61,662 nucleotides of DNA, filler included, from Globobulimina sp. (GCA_003354225.1; 20 parts of 20 records of this genome joined end to end with filler, not necessarily neighbours in it), one strand, 5' to 3'; counted from the first letter of the whole stretch, positions 32,050-44,436 are shown. Made by a program: numbers and translations. Notes: generated by a model not told the origin, from the letters alone.

Positions 32050-32177
32050 TCATCATATCTGATAATCAATCATGAAATCTTGATGGTAAACGATCAAATA
32101 CTTCTGATAAAACTAAAATGAATGAAAACAGGATGCTCTTAAAAAAAACAGTTTTTAGTACACTAATCTCACTCAAA

Positions 32178-33275
32178 ATGTTCATCCTACCATTAATTCT
32201 CATTATAAACTGTGTTTTATGCATCAATAATCTAAGTCTTGATGTGCTTGACATGACATCAGAATTTTTGACATTTGAAGAACAAAGACAAGTACGATTA
32301 TTAACAAGATCACGCAATACACATTTCATAAATAAGCATGCAGTGATTAGTTCATTGAGTCAAATATCTTTGTTCATTGCAAGCATGCATCATTTTGATA
32401 ACTCATCAATATCTAAAATGAAAGAGATCACCAAACAGTTAATATTACATCCAAAGTTTATATCAAAACTATCGTTTTGGATTGGAATGAGTTGGAAGCG
32501 ATTATCAGACAATGACGACAATAATTTGTTTGGTGTTGAAGATTTTGAACATGTTATGGATATTTTAAATACGCACAGCATTGCCTTTTGTGAAATACAT
32601 TACGAATCAATGAATGGATTAGCTGATGCACTTAAATTATTAGTATTAGTATCACGTGGTTTTGTGCAGTATTTGGCGCCCACATTTTCCGCACACTTAG
32701 AAATAAAAAATGAGCCCATTTTAGAGGAAGTTATATGGATGGCTCATGAAACGGATATGTCATGGATTCCTTTCTTTTGTTATGTTTATCAAGATTTGAT
32801 TGAAAATCAATTAAAGCTGTCATTAAATCCAAATAATTCAATTTATTATTTTGCTGATGGCGATCCACGAAAACAACAAATATTGGATTTGACAGAGAAG
32901 CATGGATTCATTATGTGGGATAAAGCAACAATTGATCAGTTTATCAGTACATATTACAAACAAAATTATGGAAAAAATATGTTGGAATTCATTGCAGAGT
33001 TTAGAGAATACGATGAGCTGTTTTTTGATTATTATTTTGCAGGTTTGGATGGGTCCATTAATAGAAATGATTTGGCATCAAATTTTATATTTGAAATGCA
33101 AATTGATTATGAAAATGGCGGTGACTTTAATCAGTTGAATGATACCGTAGCTATTGAGGATTGCTTAGAGTATTTGGAAGCACTTTGTGATCACAATGAA
33201 GAGCAACGAAATTATATGAAGTTAGCAGTTTTCAATGAAATGTACACTTCGCTGGTTCAGACCTTACGGGCTTAA
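32178..33275 (+). CDS. Secreted-type protein with signal peptide followed by an F-box-like motif
   Basis: MFILPLILIINCVLC followed by INNLSLDVLDMTSEFLTFEEQRQVRLLTRS. The rest is predicted helical and unrecognised. Confidence 0.6.
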   Translation: MFILPLILIINCVLCINNLSLDVLDMTSEFLTFEEQRQVRLLTRSRNTHFINKHAVISSLSQISLFIASMHHFDNSSISKMKEITKQLILHPKFISKLSFWIGMSWKRLSDNDDNNLFGVEDFEHVMDILNTHSIAFCEIHYESMNGLADALKLLVLVSRGFVQYLAPTFSAHLEIKNEPILEEVIWMAHETDMSWIPFFCYVYQDLIENQLKLSLNPNNSIYYFADGDPRKQQILDLTEKHGFIMWDKATIDQFISTYYKQNYGKNMLEFIAEFREYDELFFDYYFAGLDGSINRNDLASNFIFEMQIDYENGGDFNQLNDTVAIEDCLEYLEALCDHNEEQRNYMKLAVFNEMYTSLVQTLRA

Positions 33276-33356
33276 TCGCAACACCAATCTTTTCGTTGAT
33301 TTTATTAAAATAAAAAACATAAAATTTATTTTTTAATGCATGCAAATCGTTTTTTT

Positions 33357-33445
33357 CTGGTTACGTACGTCATATTACCTGGTTACGTAGCTATGATTTG
33401 AATTGCCGAGGTCGTATTACCTGGCTAGATGACCTGGTCATATTA
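33357..33445. repeat. Imperfect short direct repeats (gtcatattacctggttacgta)
   Basis: Visible three to four times in intergenic sequence. Confidence 0.6.
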
Positions 33446-34169
33446 TGGTGATGATGATGTTTGTTGTTATCTAATTGTGTTAATGTGTTTGTGTATGGTT
33501 CTGAAATTAAATGTTTTTTTATTTAAGTGAAGAGTTTTTAGAATCAAGTTAAGTTTAATTTAGTCAAGTCACTGCCACCAACGTTACGTTTCAATTCCAT
33601 CCCTATCCCCATCAACCACTGTTTCCGGTAATCAACATCAATGCTCTGGTTATGAACACTGTATACAAATTGTTACACAATCTACATATTTGAAATGTAT
33701 ACAAAAATTGTATACTTAAATAATTAATTTTGAATTGTAAACAAAAAGAAAAACTAATTTATCCCCATAGAGAGTAGTATACGTAGTATATGTATCTCTA
33801 TAATCGGAATAAAAACAGACCGGAATAATTCATTTGATTATTCATACATTAATTTGATTTTTTCCTGTTTTTATTATTCANNNNNNNNNNNNNNNNNNNN
33901 NNNNNNNNNNNNNNNNNNNNNNNNTTAATTAATTAANNNNNNNNNNNNNNNNNNNNNNNNNNNNNNNNNNNNNNNNNNNNGTTATCAATATAATTGCACG
34001 CGCTGTTTTTGCATTAAATTGCGGAATGAATGTGCGTGCGTTTTTGAATGCGAATTTCCGAGCAATAATTTTGCTGTAGCTGCTATTTGAAAATAAATAT
34101 AAATCATATAATTGTCAGAGAACATGGTTGAATGCTAGCACTGATATATTGTAACTGAGTGCATTAAGA

Positions 34170-35237
34170 CTATTGTGAGTATTGTCCGGTTTCTAGCCAA
34201 TGTATTTGTTGTTCATTTAAATATCTTTCCGCCAACTCTCTGTAATTTGTTATATCATTTTGAGATAAAACATTTCCCCATCTTTTATTAATTCCTTTAT
34301 AGAAAAACTCCTCTGGCTTTTTCCACCAAAATGTACCAATTTCACCAAATACCCGCGATTGTTCAGACTTCATTTTATCGAATGAACAATTTTCAACTAC
34401 ATTGTTAAAATTATCTTCATCAATTTGAATATGTAAAAATCGAGCAAGTTCTCTCAAAACTTTCGGCAAATCCTCTTTCATTTCATTATAATGTATAATT
34501 TTTATATTACTATATTTATCAGAAACATTCAGCCAACTTCCAATGACCCATAGCTGTGACCAAAATGGATAACCATCCGGATTCCCAAAATCATCACCAA
34601 TCTGAATACTCATTTTCCAAAATTCATATTCATTGAAACTATTATTTTTATTTAATTCATCAAAATATGGAAACTTATTTATTAATTTAAAATTGTCTCT
34701 TTCTGAATTTATTTGTCGATAAATTGAGGGTGCATAATTTTCAAAGTGTCTATAAAATGACCATACAATATCGCGGAAATCACGCGCTACAAAAATATAT
34801 TTACATTTATCATTGAATGGCATACTTTCAACAGGTTCGTGTAATTTAAATACTCGATGTTTGATGTTCTCATCATTCAGTAATTGATTATTAATACGAT
34901 TAAGTTCAATTGATTTTGCTTCTTTGGTTGGGCCACCAATTCGAAAGGCGCTCATTGTGGGCAGTCCTGCAGACAATTCCATCAATGATTTATGTCCGTG
35001 GTATTTATTTTGGTACAATAATTGTGCAATTAATTGATACATCCATGTTGATCCAGATTTTGCTGGTGATGCTAAAAAAATGTCAGATTCAACGATATCA
35101 ATTTCACTCCAAATTGATGTATCCAAATGGTTATTTTGTAACAATAATGATGGTTTTTTACTCGCGCCTAAGTAATTATATTTTTCATACGATTTAATTT
35201 TAATTGAACTAAAATGCCGTTTCATGGCCTGATACAT
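34170..35237 (-). CDS. PAPS-dependent sulfotransferase (Sulfotransfer_1)
   Basis: 5'-PSB motif DIFLASPAKSGSTW, 3'-PB motif KYIFVARDFRDIVWSFY, IHYNEMKEDL, CSFDKMK and FFYKGINKRW. Confidence 0.9.
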   Translation of the reverse strand: MYQAMKRHFSSIKIKSYEKYNYLGASKKPSLLLQNNHLDTSIWSEIDIVESDIFLASPAKSGSTWMYQLIAQLLYQNKYHGHKSLMELSAGLPTMSAFRIGGPTKEAKSIELNRINNQLLNDENIKHRVFKLHEPVESMPFNDKCKYIFVARDFRDIVWSFYRHFENYAPSIYRQINSERDNFKLINKFPYFDELNKNNSFNEYEFWKMSIQIGDDFGNPDGYPFWSQLWVIGSWLNVSDKYSNIKIIHYNEMKEDLPKVLRELARFLHIQIDEDNFNNVVENCSFDKMKSEQSRVFGEIGTFWWKKPEEFFYKGINKRWGNVLSQNDITNYRELAERYLNEQQIHWLETGQYSQ

Positions 35238-35278
35238 AACGTGTTTCTATTTGCTCACTCAAAAACATTCTGCAAAAT

Positions 35279-35914
35279 ATGATGTTTAAATTAAGGATGG
35301 GTCAAAAGATGAGGGTTTGTAACGTGGCCTCACTTTGTCAAACATGTTGCAGACGCTATACACCACACAAAACGTCGCAAATAATGGACACCAATGATCA
35401 GAATGAGGGATATGAAAATAGGGAAAGCAATGAATATGAACAAAGGGTGCAATTATGCGATTCAATTGAATCATTGCATAAAAGTAAAACATACAAATTA
35501 TATCCATTTTTATCACCATTAGTGTTAGGTCCAATTGGCTATTATTTATTGGACATTGTTGCAGCTCCTTTAGAGTTACAAATGACTGTTTTAGTTTTGC
35601 CAATTACGATGGATGTAATACATTGGGTTATAATGAATAGATCATTGCGCAATGTACAGAGTAATAATTTGCAAATATTTGGAAATAGACTGAAATATTT
35701 ATCACAAATGTCATGGACAACTGCTTTAGTTGCACAATCCATTGCATTTGGATTAGTAATGACAAATCCATTGAATGCTGTAATGATTGATAGTCTATCA
35801 ATGTATGGACAGATTTTAGTTACACTCTCCCCAATGACACCAATGCTATTCACCATCATTAATCATGAGACTATATTTCAGTTTATTAGAATTGAGATAG
35901 CTAAAACTGCATAA
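35279..35914 (+). CDS. Hypothetical membrane protein (about 4 TM) with presequence-like N-terminus
   Basis: R/C-rich N-terminus ending CRRY, followed by hydrophobic helices. Confidence 0.55.
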   Translation: MMFKLRMGQKMRVCNVASLCQTCCRRYTPHKTSQIMDTNDQNEGYENRESNEYEQRVQLCDSIESLHKSKTYKLYPFLSPLVLGPIGYYLLDIVAAPLELQMTVLVLPITMDVIHWVIMNRSLRNVQSNNLQIFGNRLKYLSQMSWTTALVAQSIAFGLVMTNPLNAVMIDSLSMYGQILVTLSPMTPMLFTIINHETIFQFIRIEIAKTA

Positions 35915-36122
35915 ATGAACAACTTGGGACACGAATCCATAAAATTCCGAACAAAAAAACATTAAATATAAGGACTGACTGATTGCGTTGCTTGAAAACT
36001 GCATTAATTTGTACTCTCAAAATTAAATATTTTCATTATTGTCCATTTCAAAGAATAAAACTGTCAGACATTTAAAGTGCGAACAAGAAAATGGTAAATA
36101 ATTCCGATTGAAACAATAAAAG

Positions 36123-36844
36123 TCATTGCAAGATAGTATTATTTTGTTGCTGTTGATAAACAAATTTAGGAAAATCAAGCAATGATAGCTGTGGTTCTTG
36201 TGCTGTTTGATTTGTTTGAAGAGAGCCGGATGTGTACATATTATCATTCGCATTATCAATATTATTACAGCCCAAATAATTTAAAATCTCCATTTTTGTG
36301 CAATCCCATTCTTCCTCCATGGACTCCTCATATTTTTTCCTAAATTTTATGGAAGTTAAATTCTGGCAATTTTTAACTGTGGACTGCACCACAAATTCAT
36401 TATGGTCTTTTAAAAAATTATGTAAATACATTGTATTGGAAAGCAGTGATTTTTTTTGCTGTTGTCTTTCTTCGTTTTGTTGTTTCATTTTTTTATGTTT
36501 GGTTGGTAGTGATTCTATTGATGTTATATATTGTTTTTGATGTTGAATGTTTACGCCTGCTTTGGCTGCAAATGCTTTTCTGTTTTGGTTTATTTTATTT
36601 TAATGATAGAATACGAACAGAGATATATTAAACATAACAGTTGATTTGCAGAGACTTGTTTTGTTGGTTTTGACGACAATCTTTGTGCTTCGATTTCAAT
36701 GCCTTTTAAGCTTCTACGTATTTGTGGTGTTGGGTCATGGCTTAAGTTTAAATTTGTGGATGATTCTTGCAAATGTTTCCAATCTTCTTCCATTACAAGG
36801 TCCTTGTCGTTGTCGTCTGTGTTGAATAATGATGAAGAGGCCAT
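36123..36844 (-). CDS. NUP93: Nup93/Nic96 N-terminal region only (exons 36844-36639, 36579-36123)
   Basis: WKHLQESSTNL..PQIRRSLKGIEIEAQRL..LKAFAAKAGVN..LHNFLKDHNEFVVQSTV..ESMEEEWDCTKMEILNYLG parallels the Nup93 N-terminus. A 59-nt GT-AG intron at 36638-36580 restores the frame. Confidence 0.7.
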
Positions 36845-37068
36845 TATTGTTGTGGCACTGTGGGTTTTTAAAAACTTTAAAGCTTATTTCCTTTTTGATG
36901 ACTGCCTTTCGTATACATTCGCATTTATTTTATCGATCATGGATCCAATCCAACAGCACCCAACCATTNNNNNNNNNNNNNNNNNNNNNNNNNNNNNNNN
37001 NNNNNNNNNNNNTTAATTAATTAANNNNNNNNNNNNNNNNNNNNNNNNNNNNNNNNNNNNNNNNNNNN

Positions 37069-37345
37069 ATTCAGCTACTTTTTGCAATAATTCTTCAGAT
37101 GTGATTTGACGGACTACATTCTTCACAAATAATCCAGCCTTATCATGTTTGGTATTAAAATATCTGCGATCACCATGTGATCCATCACATCCATACTTTT
37201 CATCGCGATGTCCTTTTAACTCAACACCAACCCATTCTCCTTCTGCAAAATCTACAAACCCTATAAATCGAACAACTGCCAATCTATGTTCAGACACTAA
37301 AACTACATCTCCCACTGTTAAATTTCTTTGTGGTTGTTGCGCCAT
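37069..37345 (-). CDS. CAP-Gly domain protein, N-terminal part, 3'-truncated
   Basis: VRFIGFVDFAEGEWVGVEL..GCDGSHGDRRYF..GLFVK. Confidence 0.88.
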
Positions 37346-37411
37346 TATCAAATAATTCGTTGCTACAAAATCTGTTTTTGCAAAACTGTCAATTTTTAAA
37401 TACTATAATCA

Positions 37412-38248
37412 ATGGCTATAGCTTTGGTGCGATGGTCAGTTGATGACGTAAAAAAATGGATTAACACATGGACTATACACCGCTCAATACACCAAACCAC
37501 CATATCAAACCTAACAAAAGCAGCAGATATATATCATATCGATGGACAAAGATTAATCTATTTTACTGTTGAAGATCTAAAGCAATTTGGTTTGAATAAA
37601 AAAGATATTAACATTACAATCAAACGTATTGATGCATTAATCATTGCGACCTATTTAGATTATATGATTGAACAAAGATATCGTTACAATCCCAATACAA
37701 AATCACATCAAAAAACTAGTAAAAATCAATCAAATCATGTTCGAAAAGAGGAGAAAGGCCAACACGATGCGGATGAATGGGAAACTTTGCAGGACGCTAG
37801 AAATTATCCAATGGATAAAAGAGCGCAAAGAAAGCCTATCGAACTACGAATATCTCCTGGAAAATATATACAAAAAAGAAAGGAAAAAAAAGCTGCAAAG
37901 AAACGCTATAAAATAGCAAAAAATAAATACATTGAAAATAGTGCGGAGAATCAAGATGCATTACAATCGATTGCAAGCAATAAAGCAGTACATAGTGCCA
38001 CGAGATCTGCAATGAATGATAGGAATATACAAAGTGCTGCATTGGAGGCGTACGGAGGCGGAGGAAATAATGTACAAAGTAATCGGAAATTAATTGGAGC
38101 ATTGGCACAAAATAAGAAAGTGCAAGGAGCCGTGGTAAGTGTTGCAAAGGATAAGAAAGTGCAAAAAGCAGCGTATAATACAGGAAAGAAACATGCCACG
38201 ATGAAGAATGTTAAAAAAGTAAAACGGAGTATATTGAGTTTTAAGTGA
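37412..38248 (+). CDS. SAM-domain protein with basic C-terminal region
   Basis: WSVDDVKKWI...HIDGQRLIYFTVEDLKQFGL. Confidence 0.72.
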   Translation: MAIALVRWSVDDVKKWINTWTIHRSIHQTTISNLTKAADIYHIDGQRLIYFTVEDLKQFGLNKKDINITIKRIDALIIATYLDYMIEQRYRYNPNTKSHQKTSKNQSNHVRKEEKGQHDADEWETLQDARNYPMDKRAQRKPIELRISPGKYIQKRKEKKAAKKRYKIAKNKYIENSAENQDALQSIASNKAVHSATRSAMNDRNIQSAALEAYGGGGNNVQSNRKLIGALAQNKKVQGAVVSVAKDKKVQKAAYNTGKKHATMKNVKKVKRSILSFK

Positions 38249-38493
38249 GTTCTTATATCCTTGTACTTCGTTCTTTTATTTCTAGTGTAGGCTTGACCAC
38301 ACTAACTCTTTCGTCATTTTGCTTGACTTTTTGTGTGTTGCAATAGGCATAAATATAACCCATTAGAGCTGTCGTAAAAGCAGACACTTCAATTCCTTCT
38401 AGTTACAAAAATAGTCGTTGTCAGAAAAAACGATTTCACTATTAATCAATATGAAAAGTGGAAGAAAAGAAAGTAATTATAATAATTACAGAA

Positions 38494-40056
38494 TCAACAA
38501 CAATGATATCGATATGGGATCATAATGAAAATCTGATGAATTGCCGCTTGTATCAAAGAAAAACAGAATCCAGTTTGTCCAAAATTATTCATCAGAAATA
38601 TCCATCGATGCCAGCAATCGTATCGTGATTGAACTAAACAATAAACAATGATTGGAAATAATGAATCTGCTCCAATCACTCTTGTTTTCTTAGTTCCATT
38701 TTTCGATATTTTCTCATATTTTATTGCACATTTTTGTATTTGATGAATAGTATCAATTACCCAAACAATTGAATCTTGCGGTGTCACCCTCGAAATATCT
38801 GATAATTGCTTGAATCTTTTTATTGCCGCATAATATGCAATTTTCCCCTCATTTGAATATTGGAATTCTTGATCAATTCCAATCTGTTTTTGTGATAGTT
38901 TGGCCATCCAAATCAATTGGTTTCCATATTCATCATCTAAGTTAACTGAATTGGTATCGTTCTCAGCAATATACATAACAACATTTTTAAGTTTAGGAAA
39001 TATTGCTCTCCAAACCATCAAATGAATACAATCCCAAAATAACTGTTCAGTCAAATCACAAGACTTTAAAAAAGAATTCGTTAAAATATAAATAAATGTT
39101 GATATGGATACCAGTGATAATTGTTGCTGGTCAATATTGTCAATAAATTGATTAATTATTTTATTTTCTTCAAATCGTGGGTCAAATAATATTTGTTCAA
39201 ATGGTAATTGATATCCATTATCAATTGGATGAAAATATGGCAATCCATCAGATACATTCATTGTCATTGTTGTTTTATTTGATTTATCCAATATTTTGTG
39301 CAGCATTCCGGTAACATTACAGGTGCGTTCTTTGGAGGACATTGACCGTGTGATATCATGATATTTCTGTTGAGAATATTTGCGTTTCCATTCATCAACA
39401 ACTGACATATATATATATTATGCAATTTATTCAATAATAAGATGTGCAGAGAATACCTAATGATAAAGATTCTTCATAACGTTGCTGTTTATGAATATCT
39501 AGTGGCAATTTAATATTTGCCGCATTCATAACTGCATCATGGCAACATTTATATTCTGTGATATGACTAACGATGTTATCTCTGGTTTTACGCAATTCCG
39601 CGCATTTATGGTCATACGATATGCAGTATTTTGCGCATATCTCAATCCTTATCTTTATCCATAGCTTTAAGTTTTCATAGTAAGAGCTACATAAATGTTT
39701 TAATTGCATATTGTTTATTTTTGTCCATTCCGAAATCTCTTTATTTCTCCTCTCACGAATTAAAGCTGATTCATTCAGTAAAAAATGTATTTTAGTTTGA
39801 AATCCTTTACATTTTTCCTCTATATCATCAATACACAAATTCAATTCATTGAGACATGAACAGTGATCTTCTTCATTTTGAACATTATTATTATCACAGC
39901 ACACATTATTGGCATAATCGTCCAAAATATGCAATGTATTATTAAATGCATCTTGTTTAGCTTCGATTCCATCCAATGTTTTATCAACATTTATCTTATT
40001 ACTTGGATGTTCTTCGCTTTGTTTTGTATGAGGAGATTGTTGTGTTTCTGCCCGAG
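38494..40056 (-). CDS. VPS9-domain (Rab5 GEF-like) protein with N-terminal coiled coil, 5'-truncated; intron 39456-39402
   Basis: YYAAIKRFKQL..TPQDSI..IGADSLFPIIVYCLVQS..GFCFSLIQAAI. A 55-nt GT-AG intron joins ORFs 39431-39976 and 38494-39408. Confidence 0.8.
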
Positions 40057-40156
40057 NNNNNNNNNNNNNNNNNNNNNNNNNNNNNNNNNNNNNNNNNNNN
40101 TTAATTAATTAANNNNNNNNNNNNNNNNNNNNNNNNNNNNNNNNNNNNNNNNNNNN

Positions 40157-40908
40157 TTCCGTTGGTTTCTACATTGGTGTTCATGCAATTTATAAATAAA
40201 TTGTCCCGTTCCATCAATTTCCACTTTTTTCAATACTTTTTGGTCTGAATTTGTTAATTGTTGTTCAATGCATTTCTTTTCTTTTTCGAGTTCATTTTTG
40301 TTTTGAATTTTTTTCATTTGATCCACATTTAATTGTTCTCCATTTGATACTTTCCTTTCTAATGCGCGAATACGTTTAATTTTTTTTTTAAGTCTTTGTA
40401 ATCGAATAATTAATTCTTTTTTACTCATTCTCTTATTCTCAATCAATGGAATGTGTTCATTAATTACTTGCAATTTATTTATTTTATCATTATTATTGTT
40501 ATTCCAATTTGTTTGATTCGTTTTTGGTTTGCTTAAAATTGAAATAAATTCTTTTTTTCCTAATTTTTCAACAAAAATTACAAAATATTGGAATGGTATT
40601 TTCAGTTTTAAATTATTTACATCACAGATATAATTAAACAGTATATCAACAATATGATGTTTATTTGAGTCTAAAATGGAGACTTGTTTATAATCATTAA
40701 TACTGAATGTTGAATATATATATTTATCAAAGAAAACGTGAAATTGACTGATATCCATTGAACGTTTATCATTCAAATCAATTTCTGTTTCATCCCAAGA
40801 ACATAAAGAATCGTGAACATCTGTGATTATTTCATCATTTAAATCAAATATATTAGCAGTCTCTATGCTAGTTGGTTCTGTTGTACTTACTTTATAATCA
40901 ATATCCAT
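40157..40908 (-). CDS. Hypothetical protein with PYM/eIF2A-type 'KKIKRIxxLE..LNxDQxxKI' coiled coil, 3'-truncated
   Basis: RLQRLKKKIKRIRALERKVSNGEQLNVDQMKKIQNKNELEKE. Confidence 0.6.
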
Positions 40909-40957
40909 TATGTTATGGACTCGAGTCCTTTTCACACATTAATTCGAGCCATTTATA

Positions 40958-42933
40958 ATGGCTTGGACAGCAAGAAATGACGAGGAAACCACAGAATACT
41001 TTGATGACGAAGAGACACTCGATTGGAAGGTGACTGCATTGGCTCAACTAATTAGATCTAGCAAACATTTCACTGTATTCACAGGTACACTTTATATCAC
41101 TTCTATATTTATATTTATTATATGATCACAATACGTATCTGTACATGCGCAAAGGTGCTGGTATCAGCACATCTGCTGGAATACCAGGTATACTTTTCTC
41201 TTCCACAACCATTCAAACAACAGTACAAATTATAAAATATAGATTTTAGATCAGGTTTAAATACAGTGCTTGATACAGGTGCAGGGAAATGGGCATTAGA
41301 CGCAGCAGCCAAAGATGGCAAAGATGTAACACCAAAGAAACCATTGGTACGTAAAAAAACATTGTGTGCCATTCCAACCCCAACCCATATGGCATTGGTT
41401 CAATTAAATAACCGCAATATATTAAAATATCTCATATCACAAAATTGCGATGGCTTACATCGAAGAAGTGGTTATAATCCAGCAAATCTAAGCGAATTAC
41501 ATGGAAATACCAACTTAGAATTTTGTAGAAACTGTGATAAACAATATTTACGTGATTACAGTGTGCGGAACAGATACAACCATCCACATATACATCAAAC
41601 ATTGCGTCGTTGCACAAATAAAATAGATAACAAAGCCTGTAATAATTTATTAGAAGATACGATTATAAATTTTGGTGAAAATTTAAATGATTATGCTTGG
41701 GATCCAGCAGAGGCAAATGCGGAGAAATCCGATTGTTGTTTAGTTTTAGGATCATCTCTCACTGTATCACCGGCTTGCGATTTGCCTGAAATCGCCGGTA
41801 ATAATATCGACGCTAGTTTTGCAATTGTTAATTTACAGAAAACGCCTATGGATAAATTATGTGACATTCGAATTTACGCAAAATGTGATGATGTTATGAC
41901 TTTATTATTGAATAAGTTGGGATATAAAATACCGGAATGGAGATTGAAAAGATATATTAATATAGAAGTTGATTTTGATGATACTGCACCATATGTGTCA
42001 GTGTTTGGTGTTGATTTTGATGGTACACCATATGATATATTAGCAATGATCAAATTAAAAGTAAATAAGAAAGTATATACTAAATCTGGTGCGTGTTTAC
42101 ATGGAAAAGTGTTTGAATGCGCAAATCTGGAGAGTGTCGATGACGAACATGATGTGATGAGGATTGAATTAGGATTTATGCGGAGATATAATGAACCGGA
42201 TTTGTGTATTGATTTAATGAAATATTTGGTTAGAACTGCTGGGAAAGTAAGAAAGAAACAAAAATTTCGATTAAATTTAATATATAATCCGTATAATGGG
42301 ATATGGCAAGTATCAAAAGATGAGAAATTTGATGATGATATGGATGATAATTCAATGTTGGTGTTCGGTTATTTGAGGAGAGAAAATATGCAGATATCGA
42401 TGACCAGCAATATAAAACATTTATGTTATAAATATTGGCAGCCAATGGATATATGGGACAATAAATATATTATATCATCGAGATTATCAGTTGAGAGATA
42501 TTGTGATTTAATAATCAAATCAGATGGAATGACAAGTGTTTTTGGCAGAAACATTGCATTTAAAAATTTAAGGTATGTATGGAAATTGAGGGTGAAACTA
42601 TTTGTCAATAATGGTACAAAGAAACGTAGGGCAATAATGGTTGTCGGTGTAGTGCCAAATGTAAGTTCAAAAATAAAATTATTAAAATTTTCAGTTGATT
42701 GGAAACAAGAACAAGATGAGAATTTTGTACCTTATTGGTGCGATTTGGTAAAAAATGGTGTTAAGAATGGTGATTTGATTGGTATTTATTTAGATTTGAT
42801 GAATGATAGAATAATGATTGTAATTAATGGAATCTCGAGTGTGGACAGAATGTTTAAAGATATTAATAAAAGAAATTATAGATTGGCAATTGCCTTTAAA
42901 AATTGTAAAGGAACCCATGTTGAAATGTTTTGA
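40958..42933 (+). CDS. Class IV (SIRT6/7-like) NAD-dependent deacylase fused to a C-terminal SPRY-like module; exons 40958-41084, 41155-41187, 41243-42933
   Basis: Splicing gives FTGAGISTSAGIPDFR. Also PTPTHMAL, ISQNCDGLHRRSG, ELHGN, a Zn ribbon, LEDTIINFGE, LGSSLTV and IVNLQKTP. Introns are 70 and 55 nt. Confidence 0.92.
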
Positions 42934-43243
42934 TTTTTGTTTTTTTTGCTCGTTCGCTCGTTTTTGAATCTATCATGATATACAACAAGAAAAACAATGA
43001 AAGAAACACACAAAAATAACATTGTTTTATCGAAAACAACGCCTATAAACAAGTTTTATTTGTATACTGTAAAACTAACTTTATTGTATAACAATGAAAT
43101 AAAATAAAAACGTTTTCTATTTTATTGCATAAATACCAAATAANNNNNNNNNNNNNNNNNNNNNNNNNNNNNNNNNNNNNNNNNNNNTTAATTAATTAAN
43201 NNNNNNNNNNNNNNNNNNNNNNNNNNNNNNNNNNNNNNNNNNN

Positions 43244-44110
43244 TTTAGAAGATCTTGCTTTTGATGAAATGAATTTAGTGGAGCTGCCATTTTGCCTTTT
43301 AACAAAATCTAGCCATGGTATCTCTAGTATTCCACTGTCGCCAGGTGGTAAAGAGTATCTCCAGGCAACCAATACTCCCAAGTTTCAACTCTCGAAAGAA
43401 CACCGGGACGTTTCCAGATTCTTTTGGTATAATTGGATGCCGCTAATTCCTCCTTTTCATCAATGCGACCTAATTTTGAGCGATCATAGGCATCGCGTTT
43501 CACACCGTATTTTAATGCAATTTTCTCGCCATCGGGCCGTCGTACTTTGAATGGTTTGCAAGACTCCGATGTCGATGGCATATGTTTCCGAAAACGAATA
43601 GGAGTGTTATTATGGGCTGAATAATTTCTTTCCTTAATGTCAGAAATAATAACGTTTCTGTTATCGGAATTTATCGGATTTTTGACTGAGAAGTTTTTTG
43701 ACTTACTTAGGTCTAATAAAAATCCTCTGATTCGTCATCGTCCTCTGTATCGGTATTAATTTTCTTTGTATCCTTAATTGACTATGGCTAACTAAGTAAA
43801 CCTTGAAACCTCAACTTTTAATGTTAACTTTACACTGCGATGTCTTTTAGATCGGCAATTCTAAATATAATTCCACCATAGGAATTTCATCTAGCTGTTT
43901 CGACGACGAAATAGAAATCATATTTAGAACGATCTAAATTAGAGCCTTCCCGATTTACTTTAATGAAGCTCCTTCGTCGAGGAAACCATGAACCATTAAA
44001 TCTTCATTATATATACGCAAATCGCAAGTATTCCTTTTAATGGCTTCAATCGGCTGCGACAAAATGGTTTCACTGATTGTATACTCTGGTCCTGAATCAT
44101 GGGTTAATAC
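43244..44110 (-). pseudogene. Degenerate LTR-retrotransposon pol-like remnant
   Basis: Stop-interrupted fragments including DLRIYNEDLMVHGFLDEGAS (about 44025-43965), which resembles the retropepsin hhD(S/T)GA(S/T) motif. Confidence 0.3.
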
Positions 44111-44436
44111 GAAATTGGGCAACTAGTGGCAAGCAATCCTCTTAAAGATAAGTTAATATTAAAAAGTGACGTTTCAAAAATCCGATAGTTATACGTTTCA
44201 AAAAGTGACGTTTCAAAGTCTAATATCTAAACTTTTGATATCGATTTCATGTATTCGATGATAACGATTATTGCTATCTCGATCATTTCTGTCTCCTTTT
44301 CCATCGATATCGTTTCGCTGCGGACGTGGTTGATACACTGCAGAAGAAAGAAGTGATGTCGATCTCAAACTATTCGAGTAAACACAAAATTGAAACGTTG
44401 TAACATAAAATTGAAACGAATTAACAAACCATTTAA

